Assembly (NCBI GenBank): GCA_016784025.1
Contig: JADHVL010000006.1
Coordinates: 13,859-77,858 of the forward strand
Direction: 5' to 3'
DNA: 64,000 nucleotides
Source: Fidelibacterota bacterium
GTDB taxonomy: Bacteria; Fidelibacterota; UBA8477; JABMPR01
The translations under genes were made by a program, and so were the position numbers. Each line of letters opens with the position of its first letter. Position 1 is the first letter of the stretch. This document shows positions 55,001 through 61,524 of the stretch, piece after piece. The notes beneath the pieces were generated by a model. That model was not told the DNA's origin, did not search any database, and saw nothing but the letters and a program-made list of their open reading frames with translations.

Positions 55001-55582
55001 TTCTCCATCAATAAACGTCGGACAGGGCTGCTCTCTGCTTCAGCTGATTATACTTATCTGGTAGCTCAGGGAAATGCTTCCGATCCACTCGCACTATTTT
55101 ACGCCAATCAAAGTGATCCGCCAGCTGAGGTCATAAAACAGGTATTACCCCTGAATTGGGATCAAACCCATACCATAAATGTGAATATATCCCTCTCTGA
55201 GCCACAGAAGTGGGGAGTATCAATCCTCACCAAATATGGATCTGGTTTGCCCTATACACCTACCTATCAGGGGAGCTCGCTAGATGCACCCAACTCAGAT
55301 AGAAAACCTGATTATTTCAATGTTGATATAAATATGCACAAAGATGTGGTAATTGCTGGTCTGCATTGGACCGTATTTGCCAAAATATATAATGCGCTTA
55401 ACATCCAGAATGAGAGAAGTGTTTTCTCCGATACTGGACGAGCAACCTACTCGTTAATCCCAACCTACACACCCGACAATGGAAACATATACGGAAGACA
55501 CTCGCTAACAGACTATTTGACACGTCCCACATACTTTAGCAGTCCTCGTCAGTTCCGAATCGGTTTCTCAACAAGTTTCTAG
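52019..55582 (+). CDS. TonB-dependent receptor-like outer-membrane protein 3 (CarboxypepD_reg + Plug + barrel with large Ca-binding-repeat insertion)
   Basis: 1187 aa. 'GKISGRVIDAETGEGLIGVNVIVENTG', TonB-box-like 'QEVIVVAERP', 'IHIRGGRSSEVTYMIDG', 'GTFNAEYGQAMSGIINIITKEG'. The insertion holds about 6 D/N-x-D/N-x-D/N-G loops. It ends '...GFSTSF'. Confidence 0.85.
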   Translation: MSSVLVNLRRTILNVLILVLITTNLLAGTTGKISGRVIDAETGEGLIGVNVIVENTGMGASTDSEGIYFIINVPVGIFSVRAGMIGYTTQLMTEVSVRGDLTTEINFNMTVQVLESDQEVIVVAERPMVQKDLTSGRSIVSASEMAEMPVESLAGVIGTKAGIVSDAGGAIHIRGGRSSEVTYMIDGVPVTNLSSGGLGVGLETSAVQELQILSGTFNAEYGQAMSGIINIITKEGGEKYSGNLSAYMGDYYTENTRFFEHADEFDPSNIKNVELSLSGPVPGFGKNLNFFANGRYYDYGGLYRGVQEYSPNDVNYLTSKAVEELRDSPWGRAGLLNFAEPFTDLNEDGQLEPGSESYFDFDGNGSFTLGEPFRDINGDGRYNHNIDFNQNGYIDSEDWEFVDLNGDGVLTGDPFVDANHNGILDGEPYIDFNGNHMWDSGASGDSSIVRMNTSTRVNGMLKLTWRISPKMKLNTSIIHNSAQSQSYSMTNGFAYKYNPSGRPTNQSTSTSIIMDLRHSLNERMFYNIKGSFYQTTAKTFYIDVDPEELSEEKSFTYTDISQWADFLSDAVADPVSGIGMGSYYGSVSDSLLILKSDMTVSFYDSLSIGGDMFYVEDFFGQNTWTLGITNTWEEMSAPSWIEALTTPGITEWVKQIRFEFVINDLKKAYFLPNEISEQPVNEYLAGGHSHSYSQRINRTYLMSGDLTWQINNTHQFKGGVGFKTHSMAYKAYTVFVQKNLDWVPTIKDTESSFSNDSYDNWLTDAVSKLSLNTRTPREAYVYLQDKIELTDMIVNIGLRYDYFDPNYFVPSDYRDPENPKYWMYTLASSDSARIDTFFQFAGEVTAFDQILDTLDANGEPWRDYNGFYEDTEPVHQFSPRIGVAYPITDKGIIHFSYGHFFQIPTFSYLYSNPEMEISTASNESRLGNANLKPQKTVTYEIGLQQELTSDLGIEIIAFYKDFSGLLSLDQYEKYNTVSYMVYSNRDYGDTRGITFSINKRRTGLLSASADYTYLVAQGNASDPLALFYANQSDPPAEVIKQVLPLNWDQTHTINVNISLSEPQKWGVSILTKYGSGLPYTPTYQGSSLDAPNSDRKPDYFNVDINMHKDVVIAGLHWTVFAKIYNALNIQNERSVFSDTGRATYSLIPTYTPDNGNIYGRHSLTDYLTRPTYFSSPRQFRIGFSTSF

Positions 55583-55595
55583 GAAGGTGTTGAAT

Positions 55596-58500
55596 ATGAA
55601 GAAGAATATTACCTTATTGCTCGCCTTCATCACCTTCATTGGTGTGCTGAACGCAGGATCAAATACAAATAATCCAGTCCCCGAAAACAAACTTGATCGG
55701 GCGGCTTGGTTGAAATACTACAACACGCTAGATCGACGCAACCACATGTCGAAAGCGTCTGCTCTCAGCGATCGCAAGGCTGGTACCCATAACGGAAATC
55801 GTGTCCGAACCCTGTTTTATAATTATGGTTCTATTGGACGCCCCAACACCGAGCCTTCCATGGAATGGCCCATTGGTTCTGGTCGTGGCTATGCCTTTGA
55901 GTTTGGTGTCGTCGCAGGTGCAAGAATCACCACCCATGGTGGCACATCTGATATCATCGTTAGTGATGGTCTCACTGTAGCAGGTGTTACCTATGATAAT
56001 AGCGGATTTGATAATAATCCCGGTGATTGGCAACCCCTGCCGGGTCATCACGATCCCTTCCAGTCATCCATCGCCATGAGCACCACTATTGATGACAACC
56101 GTGATGGGAAACCGGATTCGTGGCCCAGCAAATGGTTCAATCCAGCCTTCAACGACTTTATGTGGCCAGGTGAGTACGGCCAGGGTGTGACGACGGCAGA
56201 TCAGGAATCCTACTATGTAATGGATGACTTCTATATTAAGAGTCACAACACATATTGGCCACAACAAGGCTGGTCAGATTCACTAAGGGATGATGAATTT
56301 TACCCATCTTTTCCCATTGATACGGTAAGAGGTGGATTGGGTCTCCAGGTTGAATCACGCGGTTACCAATGGATCGCCACGCGAGCGCAAAATGTGATCT
56401 TCTTTGTATATGAATTAGAGAACGTAGGAAATGACACGCTGGACAATATGTACTTCGGAATGTACGGTGATCCCCATGTTGGCGGGGCATCGGACTACAA
56501 TGATGATGATGCCTATTTCGATACCTTTATTGATATTGTCTACGGCTGGGACGATAATGCCATCGGTGATCCAGTATTTGGTAACACCGTTCCAGGCTTC
56601 TTTGGTTATAAGTTTCTTGAATCACCAGGTGAACCTCGCGATGGCATTGACAATGATGATGATGGGATGATTGATGAATCTATGCAGGACGGCATCGATA
56701 ATGATGGTGACTGGCGTCCCTATTCAGATTGGAACCTTAGTAGTGAATGGGAACCAGGTGAACCAGTCAATGATGATTTAGGTACCGATGGTGTAGGTCC
56801 AGATGATGCCCAGTACGTCGCTCCTGATGTAGATGGTACTGAGGCAAATGGATTGCCTGATCCAGGGGAACCCAATTTTGATGAAAAAGACCTTGATGAA
56901 GCGGATCAGATAGGATTGACCGGATTTATCGTGGATCAATATGACAACAGTACTGAGACTGAAGATTACTATTATTCCAGTCGTCTCACTGCTCCAATTG
57001 ATACGGCAGCTTTCCAGCAACGGGCAGACAATATCTTTATGTACAGTTCAGGTCCAATTAAAATGGGTCCTGGTGATGTCCGTCGTTTTTCAATTGCCAT
57101 GCTATTTGGTTATAATATCAACGCAGCCACAGGTGAATACCTGTACGAAGACCCTCATAATACAAGGGACCTCTATGCTACAGCTGAAATTATGCAGGAA
57201 ATTTATGATGCAGGCTATCGTTTTGTTAAACCACCGAATAAGCCGCGCGTAACAGCTATTCCCGGTGACGGTCAGGTCACACTATATTGGGATGATGGCG
57301 CCGAACTTTCAAGAGACCCCCTTTATGGCAAGGATTTTGAGGGATATGCCATTTACCGGGCCACTGATTTTGGCTTTAATGAATCTTTGAATATTACCGA
57401 TACATATGGGAGTCCATACCTCTGGAATCCAATAGCCAAATTTGATCTGGATAACGGCTTATCAGGCCCTCATGAAGTGGAGCAGATTAAAAATTCCGGG
57501 CTTCATTTCGATATGGGTGCTAATTCAGGTCTTGTACACAGCTTTGTGGATAAAAACCTGGTCAATGGTCAGCGATATTTTTATGCGCTCTGTGCTTATG
57601 ACTCAGGATCAGCTATCGATACGATTCCACCTACTGAGACATCCAAAACAATCCAGGAAGATTTTGCAGGAAATGTCACCCTTGATATAAATACAGCAGT
57701 TGTGACACCTCAGGCACCATCAATTGGATATCTGCCTCCACAAATCACTGCAGTAGATGGCAGCGACGAACTACCTGGTACTGGAACCATTGATTTTAAA
57801 ATCATTGATCCGACGCAAATTCCAGATGGAAGAACCCTGGAACTTCGCTTTCTTGATTCAGGAATGGATGAAATTGATAATGATGGTGATTGGGATTCCT
57901 ATGCTGACATGGATCAGATAAGGGACAATGGGATATACGTTGATATGATTATCCCGGCCAGCGAGGATAGCATTATCTATTCCAGTACTTTAACTGAAAG
58001 AGTTGTACTCGAGGGTCTTGTGGGTAACGTTTTTGAGCACAATGGATTTGAGTGGGAAATCAAGACCTGGCTGGAAGGACCTACAATTACAACTGATACA
58101 GTAATTATCTATCCAGATGCTTTTGAAATTGGCCCCACCATGGATGTCTGGAACCCAGCCATCGATGGCAGTGTAAATGATGATGTGGGCTCAGATGGCT
58201 GTTCTGATGAATATGAGCTTGGTGGTGGCAACTGCTCTGAGGCAATAGTGGCGTCTCCTGGTGATGATCCAAATGGTGATAATTGGGATCCATTGACTAA
58301 TCCAGATGGAACCGAAGCCAATGGCAAACCAAATGCAGGTGAGCCAGATGTGGATTTAAGAGATTTTCAGGAACTGGTGATGGAAACTGAATCCTTCTCA
58401 ATCGTTGATGTCACCGATCCAGCAAATGAAATCCCATTCGTTGATACTCAATACGGGATTCATGGAGAGGATTTTAATCAGATAAGCAATGGGATTCAAG

Positions 58501-60344
58501 TTTTTGTAGAAAATGATACTCTCCAGCTGGACTACAGTCGACTAGGGTGGTCATCTGGAGATTGTATCTGGTCTCCTAATGCCAGAGTATATAGTGGGGG
58601 AACACCTGGTATTGCAATGCCTCTTGATTACCGTCTCGAATTCTTTGAAACTGTGGTGGATACCTCACTGAGTCTGGGTGCCTGGACGAGAACTCAATTT
58701 CAAATGACCTACAAAATCACAGATGTCCAAACTGGTGAGCGCAGGAATGTAATTGTTACGAGTCCTCAGGATTCAACCTTGCAGCCAACCAGTAAAATCA
58801 CCCCATTTCAGTACACCAATGAAGAGCAGACAGGGGATGAGATTGGCAGTGATTTGCTACCAACATGGGAATTCACTTTTCAATCACCAATCTCAAAAAT
58901 TGAGAGTCTCTATCCTCTTGAGGATGGTGTGATGATAGGAACTGCGGGCGAAGGTCTGGCAATTTACAATCAGGATACCAAGGGTTGGAAGTTTTGGAAT
59001 TTCTCCAATTCAGGTGGTGGTCTATTGTCCAGTGTTGGGATTAAGGACATCGTTTACCATGAAGGCCACTATTGGGTGGCTACCAATCGGGGACCAGCTC
59101 TATACGATGGAGAGATATGGAAACACCATCTTCAATTAGAAACTGTTTTTGACGAATGGGAAGATGATAAGAATGCTACACTGGAGAATCCTGATAATAC
59201 CAAGGATTATGCTGCCTGTGTAGCCATTGATGTTGACAGTGAAGGTGCCATATGGTTGGGTTCTGATACTCATGGTCTGGTCAGGGTGAACACGCGTGGC
59301 ACTTATTTGACCAGTTTTGATGATATCATTGAATACTACCCTGGACCTGACTCCTTGTCTGATTATTTAGAATCTTTGGCCGATACAGACTTAAATGATA
59401 TCATGGTGGATGATGATCTCGTTTGGATTGCCACGAATAAGGGTGTTATTTCCTACAATTATGTTGACACAGTTTGGACTCACTATCCCAAAGACAATGT
59501 GAATGGGCTCCAGAATGATGATATCTACGCCATTGATAAGTTACCCGAATCTCAAGGTGGAAATCTTGTATTTGGTACTGCAAAGGGTGTGGCTTTCATG
59601 GTTGATGATGCCTTTGTTGTGTACACGAAATCTGATAGCACGATTCCTAATAACAAGGTATATAGCTTATTCAATCGTGACACCGATGAATACTACCTGG
59701 GAACAGGTACAGGTTATGCGGTAATGGATCTTTCAAATGCATCAAGTGATTTTACATCTGGAATCACATTTGAAATCTTTTCAGCCAGTTGGGGTGATGA
59801 AACTATCTATAGTGATAAGAATGTTAAAGCCATCAACTTTTCAGGCGATATAGGATATTTTGGTACAGAAATAGGTGTGGAACAAAGACTCTCTGCCACT
59901 GAGTGGAACACCTTTAGTCCCCAACCTGGTGATGTCTTGAATATTTACACCCGTAAGGAATTCAGCTCACGGGATATCTATAGATATGAGACTACTGCAG
60001 CAAAAGAGGATGCAGAAAAGGTTGCTAATGAGCTTGGAAAAGTTGCAGTGGTTCCAAATCCTTACGTAGCCGCTGCCATTTGGGAGCAAAAACCCTATCT
60101 ACAGTCAGGACGAGGAGAGCGTAAGATCTTTTTCATCAATCTCCCAACAGACTGTACAATTCGAATTTACACCATGGCTGGAGAGTTGGTAAAAAAATTG
60201 GAACACCATGAGACTGTTTATAACGGCGCTCAATCCTGGGATCTTCTAAATCTGGACAATCTGGAGGTTGCCTACGGTGTTTACATCTACCACGTTGAAA
60301 CCGATAATGCAGAAACTATCGGCAAATTTGCCGTGATTAAATAA
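55596..60344 (+). CDS. Giant T9SS-CTD partner protein B (family core + acidic Ca-binding repeats + FN3-like + 7-blade Reg_prop-type beta-propeller + CTD)
   Basis: The start is moved to ATG 55596 (MKKNITLLLAF..., AGGAAGG SD) from the track's GTG at 55587. The family core 'LGLQVESRGYQWIATRAQNVIFFVYELENVG' and 'SGPIKMGPGDVRRFSIAM' aligns with A1/A2. Acidic repeats include 'GIDNDDDGMIDESMQDGIDNDGDW'. FN3-like: 'GYAIYRATDFG'. The seven propeller blades are 'IGTAGEGLAIYN / WVATNRGPALYD / IWLGSDTHGLVRVN / VWIATNKGVISYN ...'. CTD: 'VAVVPNPY...CTIRIYTMAGELVKKL...YGVYIYHVETDN'. Confidence 0.7.
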   Translation: MKKNITLLLAFITFIGVLNAGSNTNNPVPENKLDRAAWLKYYNTLDRRNHMSKASALSDRKAGTHNGNRVRTLFYNYGSIGRPNTEPSMEWPIGSGRGYAFEFGVVAGARITTHGGTSDIIVSDGLTVAGVTYDNSGFDNNPGDWQPLPGHHDPFQSSIAMSTTIDDNRDGKPDSWPSKWFNPAFNDFMWPGEYGQGVTTADQESYYVMDDFYIKSHNTYWPQQGWSDSLRDDEFYPSFPIDTVRGGLGLQVESRGYQWIATRAQNVIFFVYELENVGNDTLDNMYFGMYGDPHVGGASDYNDDDAYFDTFIDIVYGWDDNAIGDPVFGNTVPGFFGYKFLESPGEPRDGIDNDDDGMIDESMQDGIDNDGDWRPYSDWNLSSEWEPGEPVNDDLGTDGVGPDDAQYVAPDVDGTEANGLPDPGEPNFDEKDLDEADQIGLTGFIVDQYDNSTETEDYYYSSRLTAPIDTAAFQQRADNIFMYSSGPIKMGPGDVRRFSIAMLFGYNINAATGEYLYEDPHNTRDLYATAEIMQEIYDAGYRFVKPPNKPRVTAIPGDGQVTLYWDDGAELSRDPLYGKDFEGYAIYRATDFGFNESLNITDTYGSPYLWNPIAKFDLDNGLSGPHEVEQIKNSGLHFDMGANSGLVHSFVDKNLVNGQRYFYALCAYDSGSAIDTIPPTETSKTIQEDFAGNVTLDINTAVVTPQAPSIGYLPPQITAVDGSDELPGTGTIDFKIIDPTQIPDGRTLELRFLDSGMDEIDNDGDWDSYADMDQIRDNGIYVDMIIPASEDSIIYSSTLTERVVLEGLVGNVFEHNGFEWEIKTWLEGPTITTDTVIIYPDAFEIGPTMDVWNPAIDGSVNDDVGSDGCSDEYELGGGNCSEAIVASPGDDPNGDNWDPLTNPDGTEANGKPNAGEPDVDLRDFQELVMETESFSIVDVTDPANEIPFVDTQYGIHGEDFNQISNGIQVFVENDTLQLDYSRLGWSSGDCIWSPNARVYSGGTPGIAMPLDYRLEFFETVVDTSLSLGAWTRTQFQMTYKITDVQTGERRNVIVTSPQDSTLQPTSKITPFQYTNEEQTGDEIGSDLLPTWEFTFQSPISKIESLYPLEDGVMIGTAGEGLAIYNQDTKGWKFWNFSNSGGGLLSSVGIKDIVYHEGHYWVATNRGPALYDGEIWKHHLQLETVFDEWEDDKNATLENPDNTKDYAACVAIDVDSEGAIWLGSDTHGLVRVNTRGTYLTSFDDIIEYYPGPDSLSDYLESLADTDLNDIMVDDDLVWIATNKGVISYNYVDTVWTHYPKDNVNGLQNDDIYAIDKLPESQGGNLVFGTAKGVAFMVDDAFVVYTKSDSTIPNNKVYSLFNRDTDEYYLGTGTGYAVMDLSNASSDFTSGITFEIFSASWGDETIYSDKNVKAINFSGDIGYFGTEIGVEQRLSATEWNTFSPQPGDVLNIYTRKEFSSRDIYRYETTAAKEDAEKVANELGKVAVVPNPYVAAAIWEQKPYLQSGRGERKIFFINLPTDCTIRIYTMAGELVKKLEHHETVYNGAQSWDLLNLDNLEVAYGVYIYHVETDNAETIGKFAVIK

Positions 60345-60355
60345 GGAGATTGACC

Positions 60356-61396
60356 ATGTATAAGAAAATGATCATGCTCCTTGTAATTGCAGTTTCAATG
60401 AGCTTTGGACAGTACAAAGGTGGTACAACTGCAGCACAATTCCTCAAAATAGGTATTGGTAGCCGTGCAACTGGTATGGGCGAGGCATATGTCGCTATGA
60501 GTCAGGATGCCTCTGGACTCTATTGGAATCCGGCTGGTATAGCCCAGGCTGGTGGTGGCGAAATCATGTTCCTCAGAAACAATTGGATTGCCGATGTAGC
60601 CATCAATTATCTGGGTGTCATTTTTCCGCTCTATGGTGTTGGAACCGTTGGCATTAGTATCACCTCATTAACAATGGATGATATGCCGGTTACTACTGAG
60701 CTGGAACCCAATGGAACTGGTGAGGAATTTACCGCCAGTGATTTAGCCTTGCAAGTGACCCTGGCAAGATCGCTTACGGATAGATTTTCCATTGGATTTA
60801 ACGGAAAATATATCCAGCAGACCATCTGGCATAGCCGTGCCAGTGCCATGGCGGTTGATGTGGGTACCTTGTTTAGAACCCAGTTTAATGATATGCGTCT
60901 CGGCATGAGCATCTCCAATTATGGATCAGGTATGAGAATGTCTGGCCGGGATATTCTTGAGCGCTATGACCCAGCACCTGGCTTTGAAGGCAACAACGAT
61001 GCTATTCCTGTAGACTATGCTCTGGATGATTGGGATTTACCCCTCATCTTCCGGGTTGGGGTAGCCATGGACGTGATTGAATTGGGTGTGACTAAGTTGA
61101 CGGTAGCGGTGGATGCCATTCATCCCAATGATAATTATGAATCTATCAACATTGGTACCGAACTGAGCGTGTTGGATAAATACTTTCTTAGAGGAGGTTG
61201 GAAATCACCTTTCGTAGAGACCAACACCAGCCTGGCAGCATCCGAGCTGGAAACTCGCGAGGAAGGCTTCACATTTGGTGCAGGATTTGATCTACCAATT
61301 TTTGGATCAGCTTCAGGGTTGAGATTTGATTATGCGTATGCCGATTTCGGGCGATTGAATAATGTGCAAAGATTTAATCTGAGTCTGTATTTTTAA
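60356..61396 (+). CDS. PorV/PorQ-like outer-membrane beta-barrel (copy 2)
   Basis: The start is moved to ATG 60356 (MYKKMIMLL..., AAGGAG SD 7 nt upstream) from the track's TTG at 60350. 'TAAQFLKIGIGSRATGMGEAYVAMSQDASGLYWNPAGIA'. The terminus is 'RFDYAYADFGRLNNVQRFNLSLYF'. Confidence 0.65.
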   Translation: MYKKMIMLLVIAVSMSFGQYKGGTTAAQFLKIGIGSRATGMGEAYVAMSQDASGLYWNPAGIAQAGGGEIMFLRNNWIADVAINYLGVIFPLYGVGTVGISITSLTMDDMPVTTELEPNGTGEEFTASDLALQVTLARSLTDRFSIGFNGKYIQQTIWHSRASAMAVDVGTLFRTQFNDMRLGMSISNYGSGMRMSGRDILERYDPAPGFEGNNDAIPVDYALDDWDLPLIFRVGVAMDVIELGVTKLTVAVDAIHPNDNYESINIGTELSVLDKYFLRGGWKSPFVETNTSLAASELETREEGFTFGAGFDLPIFGSASGLRFDYAYADFGRLNNVQRFNLSLYF

Positions 61397-61435
61397 TGCA
61401 TTCCCGGATTACCTCTAGCTAGGTAAGAAGTACTC

Positions 61436-61485
61436 AAGGCACCTTTCCAATCTCCAGGGATTTCGAAGAGGTGCCTTTATTTTTT
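61436..61485 (+). terminator. Probable terminator after the PorV-like gene
   Basis: aaggcacct (61436-61444) pairs with aggtgcctt (61469-61477) and is followed by a T-rich run (tttatttttt). The loop is long (24 nt), hence the moderate confidence. Confidence 0.5.
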
Positions 61486-61524
61486 ATATAGGTTGTTAAC
61501 AGAAACAATTAAGGCGAGACTGGT

